A stretch of 64,000 bases of DNA from Eledone cirrhosa (GCA_964016885.1 OZ024741.1:137826001-137890000); one strand, 5' to 3'. Positions 27,161 to 40,425 are shown, counted from the first letter of the stretch. Program-made: numbers and translations. Notes: a model not told the origin generated them from the letters alone.

Positions 27161-28892
27161 TTACTTAGCTTCCGGGCTCTTGTGAAGGTCTGGTGGTTCG
27201 ACCTCCATAGTTGGTGGGGTTTCTTTTGGGAACCCCTTTAAAAGTCTTGAAGTGGGTTTTACGTTCGGGGTTCCCACGTCCAGAGGAAAGCTGTCTCGTA
27301 TCTCTTTGTATAATTCGATCGACATTCGCACCAGAAACAAATCTTCCGGCACGCGAAATGTGGTCGATTTAAAAATTTCCCCCTCTTTTTGTATTTCTTC
27401 ACTTCGTGCTACGAGGGCCATCAGTTCCTTGTTGGCCCTCCTGACGAGCACGAAGTTTTGTATGTTTTGTTGGTGTGATTTTATTTGTTTGCCTGGCTGT
27501 GGTGGTGATGTTTTGGATTGTGTTGTGTCGGTTGTGTCGGTGTTTGTTGTGAGTGCGGTGTCTGTGGTTTCAGATGTATGTGTGTGTATATGTTCTTGCA
27601 TCTGTTTAGGTTGTTTGCGTTTGGGGGATTCTCGTGATGGTTATGGTGGTGTTGATGTTGGTTGATGTTGGTTGATGTTGTTGGGGCGATGTTTGCGTGG
27701 GTGGTGTCTGCAATTTTTACTGTGGGTGTTTTTGTGGTTTGTTGATTTTTTTTTCCTTTTGTATTTTTTTTTGCAATTTTGGGGATTTTGGTATTACCTC
27801 ATCTTCACTACTGGTAGATGAGGGGTCTGTGTCTGTAAGTGTGTCTGCGTGTGTGTTTATGTTTTTATTGATGTGTGTATTTTTTCTGGGGGGGGGGGGG
27901 ATTTGACAACTTTCCCCGTTTCCCCCCTGAGTGGTCAATGTTGGAGGTGGTCTTTCTATTGGTGTTGTTGTTGGTGGTTTTGCCGGTACCGGTGTTGGTT
28001 GTGGTCCTCGCCCTGGCGTCGGCAGCAGTGGAGTCCTTCAACCCCTTGCAACTTTCACCAGTTGAGGGCATAAGGCTCGCAAATGTGTTTTTCCCCACAA
28101 ACACAACAATGAGGCCTTTTGCCATCGGTCATAATGTGACTGACCTTCCAATTCTGAAGACGGATGTGTTACGGGATTGTCTTGACTTTCTCCGGCCTGA
28201 TCTGGAGAAGTTTCTCTAGTTCAACCCCGGACCAGCCCTCTCTGGCCGTTCTTGTCACTTCTATCGAGACGGTATCCGTCCCTTCCACACTCACACATCC
28301 GAGAAGCCACCACATGTCAAGTCCTGGTGGGATTCTAGGAATGCGGAGCGGGCCGTTCTTTTTCCAATGTGGGAGGTGTACATTATGACTTTGCTGGTTT
28401 TGCAAGGTGTCATAGCACGTTTCATAGCGAGGGATTCTGACTTAAACAGCACCGAAATGGTGCCGTATTGTATTCGGTGTCATCCCTGATTAAGCTGGCC
28501 CAGGTTTGCTCTTGCTTGATGAGCTTAGAGGCCTGGGCCAACTCTTCATCTTTGTTTGAGAGGTCCATGTTGAAGCATGGCCTTTTTTTAGCTGCTGCCG
28601 CAGCGAAGGTGTTCTTCTTGTTGTCGTTGGTGGTCTTGTTGTTGTTGTCGTTGTTCTTGTTGGTGATGTTGTTATCACTGTCGCTGTTATCATTGTTGTC
28701 TTTGGTGCCGCCGTTGTTGTTGTTCTCGGTGCAGTTGGTATTGTTGCTGTTGGTGTTGTCGCTATTTGTTTTCATGTTAGTGGTGTTGATATTGTTGTTG
28801 CATTTGTTGTCATTTTTTCTGTTATCTGTATTTTGGTTGTCGCTGTTACTGTCATTTTGTTTCAAAATTAGAGTTCTCAGTGTTGTTGTCAT
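27161..28892 (-). pseudogene. ORF1 of Tx1-like family B (frameshifted, Asn/Thr-rich N-terminus)
   Basis: Chain of minus-strand ORFs 28892-28422, 28405-28169, 28125-27865, 27938-27717 and 27601-27161, ending ~30 nt before the ORF2 ATG. Confidence 0.65.
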
Positions 28893-29266
28893 TGCTGTCT
28901 TTGTTCACGTTGTTTGTGGTGGTGTTTGTTGTATCAATTTCTGTTAATTTGGCTGTAACGCTCCTCTCAACTCTTACGTCGTTGTCACACGACAGCAGAC
29001 ATGTCGCTGGGGGGCGTAGCTCTTTTTTTTTTTTTTTTTCGATAATATTTTAAAATGTAAAAATGTTCAAATATTTCGGCCAAAAGGCCAAAATATTATA
29101 CTTTCCCCTTCACAGGGCAAAGTCCAAGGGTTTGTATCCCTTACACAACAACAAAAATTCAATAAATAAGTTTTGACAGGTAAATAAATAGACTTACGAG
29201 AGCGGCAAAAAGAGGTCCGTTCAGACCCAATAATAATAATAATAATAAAAATAAAAACAAAAATAA

Positions 29267-30377
29267 ATGGATAGGAAGACTAGGAAGTTAATGAATACCT
29301 ACAGCATGTTCCACAAGAGGAGTGATGTTGATAGACTCTACTGTTGATAGACTCTCTAAATAGACCTGAAGTTGGAAGTGGTCTTATCAGCATAGAGGAT
29401 TGTGTTCAGATGGAGAGAAACAGTCAGCACAAAATGTGTCTGACAGTAGGGAGCCAATGCTCAAAATTGTACTGTAGGGGAAGAAAATAGACCAGGGGAT
29501 GTCCAAGGGGAAAATAACAACAAAAAGGGAGAGCAACCTTCATGAAAAGTCCCTTCATAGCACCTTCTTTAAGAAAACGGAATTCAGAGATCCACAGACA
29601 TGGAGCTGGTTAAAAAGAGGAGACCTTAATAAAGCTACAGAAGGAATGCTAACGGTTGCACAAGAGCAAGCCCTCAGAAGAAAATGGGTGAAATACCATA
29701 TTGACAATAAGGAGGCTAGCTCACGGTGTAGGATATGTTTAGAGAGAGGAGACCGTGACTCACATCGAATCCGAGTTGAAACACCTAGCCCAGACTCACT
29801 ATAAAGGCTGGAGACATGATATAACAGGAAAGATGATTCACTGGTATTTAGGCAAGCTAAACAATTTACCACATTCTGAGAAGTAGTATGAGCATAAGCC
29901 AGATTCGGTAATAGAAAATGATCAAGTGAAGGTGCTATGGGATTTCAGGATTTAGACCGACACGAAATTAGAACACAATAAGCTTGCCCTGGTGGTATTT
30001 GACAAGAAAAAGTATCGTGCCTGATTGTAGATGTAGCCTGCCTCTTTGAAACCTGAGTGAAAGAAAAAGAGAAAGAGAAAATTAACCGATACCAGAATTT
30101 AAAGTGGGAGTCAAAAAAGGATTTGGGACTGTCATGAAATCAAGGTCGTCTCGATTACCATCGGAGCACTAGGTACTATTTCAAAGAGTTTTCCGGGATG
30201 GCTAAAGAACATTAGTCCAGCCCTGTTTCTTGGAAAACTTCAAAAGGCATGCTTGCTGGGAACAGCAAGCACCCTCCGATACGTCCTCAATATCTGAGGC
30301 TGCAGGTAGCGGCTTCATATTCATTTGAATACATTTTCCAGTTAAATAACATCAATGACTGAGACCCAAAGAATGTT
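29267..30377 (+). mobile_element. 5'-truncated R4/Dong-clade LINE (C-terminal Zn knuckle and restriction-like endonuclease) in (AAT)n
   Basis: MDRKTRKLM...SDVDRLY...GLISIEDC, TWSWLKRGDL..ATEG...AQEQAL, CRIC, VLWDFRI.TD..LEHN, IVDVAC, IGALGTI. (AAT)n on both sides. Confidence 0.88.
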
Positions 30378-30391
30378 AATAATAATAATAA

Positions 30392-30938
30392 CAATGGTTT
30401 CATTTATTAGCCACATTGGCCGACATGCAGGGGACAATACAAAGACAGGGGCAGTGGGTTTACAATAAGATTGAGTGAAAATGCATAATAACAAAACCAA
30501 TTTAACAATGAAAAATATATAAAAATAAAATATAAAAAGTAACAAAATAAATTCCCCGATGGGGGCGGAGAACCACCTAGGGGCGACTCAGTTATCCCAC
30601 CAATCCTGAATCATTCGAGGCTTCGAGGGCATCCAGGAAGAGAACACCTCTCTTCCTCAAATTTAACCAGCCTACAGGCGCATGGTCAGAGTAGGCCCAC
30701 TCACATGGACCGTTCTCTCCACATTCACCCATCTTTTAGCAAATGTACATGGGGGGGGCAGCACTTCGATCTACCCACTCACCTTCCTTTCCAAGTTGTT
30801 GAGAGATTGGCCGAAGGGAAAAGTGTCTGTTTTCAGTCTTTTCAACCTGGAGACAATATTTTTCTCTTCGGCCAAATCCTCATCAACTTTTTTAAGTTTC
30901 ACTTGGAAAAGAGGGTGTGGGTGGAGAGACAAATGCTG
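30392..30938 (-). mobile_element. Short 3' copy of a family-B-related Tx1 LINE with a 5' inverted duplication
   Basis: Colinear with 23578-24020. Segment 30858-30938 is the reverse complement of sequence matching 23915-23996. Confidence 0.8.
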
Positions 30939-33900
30939 TAATCATAATAAAAATATGACGATGACAAAGAAGAAGAAGAAGAGCGGTAACAAAGTAGCAA
31001 TTTAACATCAATATATTTTTCATTCACACGTGATGCGGGATTCGCAATCGATCAGCTGAATGTACGATCGGCCAGGATCCGGCCCTACTTTTCATACACT
31101 CTGTGACACTACATCTCTCCGGGAAGTACGTTGTACTTGCATGCGCCTGTTATATATCCAGCCACGTACACCTTAATTGTCGTGTCACAATGAATATCCT
31201 AAAATTTCTCTAAGTTATACTGTAAATCCAAATAAAAAATCACGTCTTGTTACATAATTTGCCACGATGGATCTCTGAGAATAACGATAAACGTGCATAC
31301 AAGTATTTACCTGAAATACGACGCTGTTTACACTTTAATTTCACGAACGTTGATTTCATTTCATCGATCTGTTGGAACACATGTAATCGAATCCAACGAT
31401 GGCCAATGTTACATCCTTTACAACCATTAATATTTCCCAAATTTTCTTTTAGGCATTTCGTAACACATCGTTTTCAATTACTGTTAAGCACCCACCTCAG
31501 TTTCATACGCAGTTACTTCATTATTAATTACATTCCTCCCTGTATATCAACTGAATGTAATTTTTCATAATATCTGGCAATTATTATTTGATTACAACTA
31601 CAATAATATTCCATACAATATTATAATTGTTATTTGAAATATTTTTCTAATTCACATTTACTTGATAATTATAATGACGCTTTTCCCTTAAGTTTCGTCA
31701 CGTATTTGCTTCACAAATCATTCAAACATTATGTATGTATGTATGTTCTTCTGGTTTTATAATTTCACAAATTTTTACCAATAGAGAGAGAGTCGGTTTC
31801 TAACATAGACACAAGACTCTCTCATAGGAATTTACACAACATCAACTAGGTAGATATGTATGCAAGTCTGCATGTGTAGACATGGATGTTATAGTATGTG
31901 TGGATGGTTTGAGTTGTATGTGTGCATGTGTATATGCTTTGTATCTGTACATGTGTATATGTAGTTATTAGATGCAAAATGTTTGGAATGTTTTACATAT
32001 TTTTACTGTTCCATTAATGGATTGTACTTGTAATTTCCTAACTAGTTGTGTTCTTTCTGTTCCTGTGAAGCCTAGCTTCTCAAGATTTGTATTGAGGCAG
32101 TTACTAACATACCCCAGAGCCCCCAAAACCACAGGCATAAATCGGAAGGTATAATCAGGGTGGAGTATCTGCAGATTTCTCATCAGATCTGCATAAATAT
32201 TCTCCTTTTCGCTAATCTTTGATATTATATTGGCATCTGCTGGGCAGCTAATTTCCACTACTGTGCATGCTTTCTTCTCCCTGTCCCATATCATAATATC
32301 TGGTCTGTTATACCTGCATTTTATTGGGGTTTTTACTCAGCACTCTTTCATATTATGTACATGGATGTCTTCCACATTGCTGTAGCTTTTAATGTGTTTA
32401 TTATCGGGGCTATCTTTTTTACGAACTGCATTGTACAGTGTTTTGGTCACTACATCATGCCTTATAGGTAGATAGTACCACGATGACATCTTTGGACAGC
32501 TGCTGATGACATGGGTGATTTACTCGATGTTAGTTCTGCAGAGTTTGCACTTGTTATCACATCTAGGTGTTTTGCCTGCATCCCTATCTCTTTTGTGAAT
32601 CAGGTATTTCGTGTTAATCTCCTGTTCTTGGATTGCAAAAGCGTATCCTTCAAAGTGGGAGCCAATATAGCGGTTGTCGGTCTAGGATAGACTACTTTCC
32701 TTATCTATATTACTCTCACTCTGGAGCTTCCTGGCAACATAACCATGCATCATCTTTTGCTGATAAGCATGCAGTTTTTCATCCATGTATACACTGCGAT
32801 ACTGCTGAGCGACTTCCCTGGGTGTGAGTTTTTGATTATCACTACAGGGAATATCTCTCGAGGAGTTTCTTCCCAAACTCTCATGATCTTATCTGTTTCA
32901 TGCAGATCGAAATGCTCAAGAAACGGGATCCTACGCTTCGAGGTTCGTAGATGTTGTCGCAGAGAGATGATGCGACATTCAAATGTTGTCTGGACTGATG
33001 TTAGGCCTCTGCCTCCCTGCTTACGTTTCATGTAAAGGCGGTCTATGTCACTGTTGATGTGGAAGTTTCCGGTGTTGGTTAGTATTTTTCGAGTTCCAAC
33101 ATCAACTGCTCGGATTTCGTCTATCGTCCAATTGAGTATTCCAAACGTTGGCGTTAGGACAGGCACAGCAAACACATTGTGAGCCACTTTTTGTTTTTCG
33201 CAGAGAGTTCCGATGACTAGATCTTTCTTAATCGGGTGTAGTATTCCCTGGTTACGCGTTCTTTATTACAGATACCATTAGAGGATATGTTCTCATCTAT
33301 CCGCAGGTATCTGTAGCAGTCCTCATCAGATATCGGTGAAACAGTTAGGCCATTGATGATAATGTTGCTAGATTGGGTTGTTGTTTTTCCCCGCTTTACA
33401 GTCATGTATGAGCGTTTATCTTGGCCAAACTCCATTCCTATATCCTTTGAGAACGTTGTAAGCAGGTCAAGATTTTTCTTCATCCCATCCATGTTCTTGG
33501 CATAGAGTTTCAGATCGTCCACAAAGAATTATGGGTTAGGTTCGTATTTCTGTCCTCCTGTGATCCAATGATGTATCCCTCACATTTATTGAGCAGAAAG
33601 GACAAGGGGTTTAATGAGAAGATGAATAATATCACAGAGAGACTGTCCCCCTGAAATATAGCCCTGCAATATTTTATTTTATCAGTGAAAATAGAGTCCT
33701 TCCTCTCTGTCTTTAACCTTAGGATAGTAGCCCAAGAAGAAGACAGCCTCCTTATGGCTCTGACAATAATGTCTGGGACTTTCGCAAGTTGGAGGGCCTT
33801 TATCATCCAAGAGTGGGGAACAGAATCGAAAGCGTTCCTGTAGTCCAGCCAGACTGTAGCCATATTCCTCCTAAGTTGTCGCGCCTGCGACATCGCAGTT

Positions 33901-34924
33901 TTGTTGATTAGGAGTTGTTCAGTACATCTCCAAACTCCTTTCCTTCCGGCTGCTTGTTCATCTGTGATGATGTTATTATTTTCACAGTGATCTTGGAGGA
34001 ATAGTTTCAGGCTGTATAAATCTTATACATCAAGTTCTGGTATGCAATGGGTCGGTAGCTTTTTGCCAAGTGGGTGACTTTGTTCTTGGGGACCAGTAAT
34101 GTTTGTGCTAATGTCAACCATTCTGGTATAAGTGTATCACCCTTAAGAACCTGTTGGTAGAGGTCATTAAGATACCTCCGATCTAATATCAGTTTTTTGT
34201 ACCAGTAGCCACAATCATGTCTCTTCCTGGTGTTTTCTTATCTATCACAGTCTCAAGGGCACCCTCACTTATTTCGTATGTTTTTGTTGTAGTGTAGGAA
34301 CAATAGTTCTTTCGGATTTCTCTTAGCCACACTGCATCTTGGTTGAAATTCTTATTTTCACCCCATATTTTGCTCCAAAAAAATCTATGTCTTTCTGGGA
34401 TGGGGCCTCAGTGACACTTATTATTTTGTTCTTCATATCTCTATAGACTGATGTTTGATTTTGTCTGAATCTTTTATTAAGCACTTCTCTCTCATCTACC
34501 TTCTTCAGGTATCGGCGTTTTTCGCTAACAGCTCTCAATTCTTGTTTGAGAGTGATCAGCTTATATTGAAGAGTTCTGGTTCTACTGTTACCAAACATCG
34601 TCTCTATTTTATTTTTCACTCTTTGTTGGTGAGGAGTGAGGTTTTTGTGTTTGTTTGCATGTAAGGAGCATTGTCACATATCCTATGGTTTTTGGTAGGT
34701 CAGCAATCTTTTTTTCTATTTTAGTTATATATGATGGTATTTTGGTGGTGTTCTGTTCTTGCTAATACCACTGCTATCACCAAGATAATGCTTCACTGTC
34801 GTTGATAAGGCATATAAACAGGCGTTGATTTGCCAAAATGTTGGGGTTTTTATCCGTCGTAAATATTCATCCCCTATTTCGTCAATAACACGTAATATTT
34901 CATTATTTGTTTTTTTATTAAACA

Positions 34925-36654
34925 CTTCCAGATTTACCCGGCGTTGCTCGGGGTTTGAAATTATGCTAAGCATATACAGCTAGGAAGTAAAAGAAGAACA
35001 TTATTTGTCCCCAACCTGTCAAAATAAGCAGAAGTCTTCAATAATTAATGCAAACGAATATTTAGTGCAATCTTTGTACACATAAAACTATGCTGACAAT
35101 GAAGGAAAACACTGAACAGGATGTAGTTATACAAATGATTAAAGACAATACACGTTGCAAATCTGTAAAAAAACAGGCAGTTTTGCTAAAGTACAAAAAG
35201 TTGCAATGAAAGCAGAGTTGTATACGAACAAAAAAACAATGAGAGTAGAATAAGAGAAAATCTATTCTTTGAGAGCATCCTTTGCTGTGTCTGGTTAAAT
35301 TTTTAATTTATAATCCAAAATATCTTGCATGACATATTCATTGGTATATTTTGTAATGAGTAAAGTGAAGTCAAGACAAAGCTGTAATAAGGTTTTTTGT
35401 TAACACTAAAGCACTTCAGGATAGACGATATTCTTTGTTTTTCTTTTCGGAACAAACGCAAAAAGATTATCTCGACTGCCAACTCGTGAGCAGGCAACGT
35501 ATAATTGTCCGTGCGAAAAGCCAGGTTCATCCAAGTGAATTCCAACGACGGACAGAGTTTGACCTTGCGACTTGTTTATGGACATCTCAAAGGCAACACG
35601 AAGGGGAAATTGGGTTCGGCAAAAGGAGAAGGGAGTATCCACGCCTGATGTAGTCAGGCTAATTTTTATAATTATCACATCCTCGCCTTTTCCACATCCG
35701 GATAGAATGGTAGCGTCAATACTAAATGGAGACAGTTTTCTAACCACAAGGCGTGTACCATTGCATAGTTTTGGAGGAGTGATATTTCTCAGCAAAATAA
35801 CTGGTGCTCCCTCTTTCAAAACCAATATATTAGGAGGTAAACCAGGAGGATTTAAAGAATTTAGAAATTCAACTGGATAATTGATCGCATCCTGTGGATC
35901 ACATACATCACTATCAACAGATTTATATATCCTTGGAATCCAGGAAGAAGCTGAAGAAGCTGATCGTTAATACAGCTAACCGTGATATTTTTGGGTGCAA
36001 GAATAGCTCTTTCGCATAGCCAATCAAGATTCGTATAGTTATCACGCAAGTTCGGGAATACACTCGCCTTGAGATCATTTACAGTTTCAACTACATTGCA
36101 GATGTGATCAATTGCTATGTGTCCATCTGTATCCGGAGGTAGGTTACCATCTCCTATTGTAAGAATGTCTCCAGAAAATGTTGATGTCAGAGGGTCCCCA
36201 TGCAACCTTGCGCGCATGTTGGTAGTTAAGTCTTAATGATGTCACTTGTCGCCACAATGGTGAAGACTTAAGACATGCATTTACCGCATCTGCTCTTGTT
36301 CCTTTAGGTATTATAGGAAGAGTCTGTCTGAAGTCTCCTGATAGCAGAAGGGTGACACTCCCCATAACATCACTGCAATCCCGTATGTCTTGCAAAGGTT
36401 ATCTCCCTTTTTATAAGGATTGTCAATAAAGTTTGTTATCTCCCTTACATCAATTTTTCTACCGATAATTTTGATATCGATTTTTTATTGCTCAACGTGG
36501 GTCGATTTGAAAAATGTTTGTGATGTGACAATCTTAGCGACATGTGCAACGTGCACAGAAAATGTGGTCAAATTCAGTTGGTAATTGTAAAAGCATTAAG
36601 TATGCAAAGTTGTACACAGACACACACACATCCTCGCTTTTATATATATAAAGA
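34925..36654 (-). mobile_element. Internally deleted Helitron
   Basis: 5' end TCTTTATATATATAAAA; subterminal hairpin CCCGAGCAACGCCGGG (34937-34952); 3' end GAAG (degenerate CTAG). Inserted between A and T with no TSD; Rep domain absent. Confidence 0.88.
35406..36395 (-). pseudogene. Helitron PIF1-family helicase, C-terminal part (frameshifted)
   Basis: [90 protein letters not shown]. Confidence 0.95.
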
Positions 36655-37635
36655 TTGTCGTTTTAACACGTTCAGCAAGAAAGATATTTGTGCACGAATT
36701 AATTTCTCTCTGGAAGATTTCGTTGAGGGACATTTTCAATTGTTTATACTTTTGATTATTATCATTATCGGTAGTATTTTCCACAACAGTCGAGGTAGAC
36801 TCGGATGGTACATGTGGTGTCAAATTTTCGTCGATTATTATTATTATTTCTTCGATTATTATTTTCGATAGTGTTTTCCCCAGCATTCGAGGTAGACTTA
36901 GATAGTACATGTGGTGTCAAGTTTCTTACAGGCATAGTTGTTTCAAAGCACTGTTCGACCTGACTGCTAGGAAGTCTAGTAGCATGGGGACCTGTAGCCA
37001 TTGTTGTTGATCCCATGTTTGTTGTGGGAAACTTACAATTAATAATATTTATCTTATTTTTACGTTCAGCAAACGTCGCTTGTTGGCGTAATTGTTTCGC
37101 TGTGAAATAACTTAGCTCTGGGTGCATTTCATCCCAGTGTAGCTTCTTTCTGTTCATATAGATAATGGAGGGATTGTTTTTTGCCATTTTATAACAGTTA
37201 AATAAATCGTTATTAACTTCGCAACTCCAAGAGAAATACGATTTATAATTTCGGTTTCTTCTGTAGCTGAATAAAGTTTGTTTACCTTTCTTGTTGGTTG
37301 TACTTCCTTAATTTTGTTGTTGATGTTGTGTTCGGCCATGCTGTTTGTAGCAAATCCTTGTAAAATTAATTATGTATTTAGTCGGATATCTCTACGAATT
37401 CGAATAAAAAGTGTCTTCAGAAGATATAGTTAGAAGAATCACCATTTATTTAACATGACTCTAGTTGTGGCTTTACTGTCTGAGATAGTATTCATCTTAA
37501 ATTTAGTAAATAGTCTCCCAGGCCAAAATATGCGACTGATCGCGTTGACTGTATGTATGTATGTATGTATGTATGTATGTATGTATGTATGTATGTATGT
37601 ATGTATGTATGTATGTATGTATGTATGTATGTATG

Positions 37636-37830
37636 TTCTTCTGGTTTTATAATTTCACAAAGTTTTACCAATAGAGAGAGAGTCGGTTTCTAACATAGAC
37701 ACAAGACTCTCTCATTGGAATTTACACAACATCAACTAGGTAGATATGTATGTATGCATGCATGTGTAGATATAGATGTTATTGTATGTATGGATGTGGA
37801 TGTTTTGAGTTGTATGTGTGCATGTGTATA
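37636..37830 (-). mobile_element. Second, 3'-UTR-only copy of the same R4/Dong LINE, in tandem within (TATG)n
   Basis: Near-identical to 31746-31935; bracketed by (TATG)n at 37549-37635 and 37831-37922. Confidence 0.9.
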
Positions 37831-37933
37831 ATGTATGTATGTATGTATGTATGTATGTATGTATGTATGTATGTATGTATGTATGTATGTATGTATGTAT
37901 GTATGTATGTATGTATGTATGTGTGTGTGTATA

Positions 37934-37974
<41 letters not shown>

Positions 37975-38958
37975 ATGTGTGGCGCGTGAGTGTGTGTGTA
38001 TTTATATCTTTTTATATGTGTATGTGTATGTTCGTGTAAATGTATGTGTGTGTATGACAGTATAGGTATGTGTGTATGTATGTATGTGTAGATATCTCTA
38101 TGTGCGCGTACATGTATGTATGTGTATGTATATCTGTATGTGTATGTACATTTATTATATTTTATTGTTTTTATTTTTTTATTTTTCTTAATTTATAGAT
38201 ACATTTATATTAGGCTGTCTGGTCTGACAATCTAATACTGACCCCTCCCCCCCCCTCCCACCTAATTTCTGTATCTTGATCTTGAAATGTGTGTACCAGT
38301 GTTTTTATGTGAGTGACTTAATTTCTATTTGCTTATGATTTTATATCCACATATATAAATGTGAGTGGGGGAGTGTGTGTGTTTGTATGTTCGTGGTTAT
38401 GTGTATATTTATGCATATACGCACATGTATGTGTGATTATACTGATATGTGTGAGTATGAAAAAAATATATTTATATGCTTGACTCCATAAGTATCTTTG
38501 CGTATCTTATCAGCGCATTAAGCTTACAGAGATATTAACCTTGAAATTTTGTGTTTACATCCATCTTTTTAATATACACATACAAATTATACACACATTA
38601 TTGTAAAATATGTGTAGGGTTTTTGCATGTATATACACACACCAAACTGCTTTTAACCCTTTGTGTTTTCATTGGTCAATTTTGAACTGATATTTTGAAT
38701 TGTTGTTATTATCAATAAATATACTTCATTATTTCTGAAGACGGCGTATATATGAGTTAGGTATGTATATTTAATCTTGATAATTTGTATAATTTTGTAT
38801 AATTTTGTACATAGATCTGTTAAATATGCATACCAATTATAACACATATATGCCCTAGAAACGATCGTTAAATAGTGAACTTTTTTTGTTTAATATAAGG
38901 AATTGTTTGTTCATTATTTGTTTAATATTTTATATATATATATATGTATTTATGTATG

Positions 38959-38995
<37 letters not shown>

Positions 38996-39155
38996 CTATA
39001 TGTGATCTTATCTTACACATACACACATATAAACATACACACATACAAACATTATGTTTATATATATATATATATATGTTCTACCAACTGGAAAGACCGA
39101 TGGAAACATTGTTTCCTCCGTCTGATTTGACGAAAGTCCATCGATTAAAAAAAAA

Positions 39156-39192
<37 letters not shown>

Positions 39193-39549
39193 GTCTGTGT
39201 GTGTTTATGTACATATATGTTTATATAAATATATATATGTATAAATATATATATGTATATATCTCACTTTCTGTTGCTTAAACCATTTTGTTTGTTCACC
39301 CTAGCGTCCCCTTTATTTACGTGTCCCAACGACTTTTTTTAGCCGTTGTTCGCACCAACCTGAGGTATATGGCCTTTAAAGCGATGAAATGCCTAGGACG
39401 GTTGGAAGGCCACTGATAAAGGACTTACTTTTTCATATATATGTATAACTATATATAAATATATATAAATATATATATAATAATAATAATTGTTTCTTCT
39501 TTTGGTACAAGGCCAGCAATTACCCAGTACATTACTGGTACTTTATATA

Positions 39550-40369
39550 TAATAATAATAATAAAAGGACGATTGTTTATGTCTTCATTACGTTTATTGT
39601 GTAGTGACGCACGTTTCGCTATTGATCAGGTCAAGGTTCGATCTGTACCGATCTAATCCGACTCTGAACCTGAACTGATGCAATGATAGACACAACACCA
39701 TATTATCTACCACAATTATTATCATATCTCATCAACTTTATCATTGTCATCATTACCACTGTTACATTCATTACCACATATATTCTTGTTCATATATTGT
39801 ATTCTTTATCATGTCCACCATCACTAAACATATCGCAATCTATTCACCACTCTCACCCATATGAACATCCACCGCAAATGCAAGAATCATACACAAACCC
39901 CCCGCATCCTATACATTGCCACAATTGGTTTCATCACTTCCATTTGTATCACCAACTTCATTACGTTATTACTAACATTGCATGTATTTCCCAACACACG
40001 TTCACCCTTCTCATATCCTAAAGCTTGTTTACCACCATATATTCCTATATGATAGTTATCTAGACGCACTGCTAGCACATACACATAAACCTGAGGTTGT
40101 GTTTATATATATATATATATGAGCACACCCCTGCAGACTGATATAGCCGTATGGACGTGCGGGGTAATGAACAAGTATATTTCGTCGTGTGTGCATATGC
40201 AGAGATACAAACATGCGTGGGGATGTATGCCTGGGTTGTGTCTGTAACTATGTATACTCTGTGTGAGTGTCTATATTAAATACATTAACCCATATACCTG
40301 GTGTAGCAAGTACTTCATGTAACTATTCACACGCATATTTATATATGTATGTGAGTGTATCTGGGTATG

Positions 40370-40425
<56 letters not shown>

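Larger units (their letters stand above)
23578..29228 (-). mobile_element. Near-full-length decayed L1/Tx1-clade retrotransposon (family B) flanked by (AAT)n
   Basis: ORF2 is homologous to family A, ORF1 differs. The 3' end GCCCTTGTGGCCAATGAATGAAATC abuts (ATT)n, and the putative 5' end abuts (AAT)n at 29229. Confidence 0.88.
31746..37548 (-). mobile_element. Apparently full-length decayed R4/Dong-clade LINE in (TATG)n, interrupted by a Helitron
   Basis: Single-ORF remnants from ATG 37339 to stop 31968: KTPGRD, YRPIA, EQAAGRKG..CTEQLLIN, WLDYRNAFDSVPHSW, IFQGDSLS, VDDLKLYA, SDIDRLY..RKQGGRGL, CKLC...HVISSC, RPDI..W...VEISCP. (TATG)n at both ends. Confidence 0.9.

Noticed and set aside
31020-31570. 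CpG-richer unique segment with short ORFs; possible promoter or exon
   Set aside because: No diagnostic motif, and the ORF lengths are compatible with chance.
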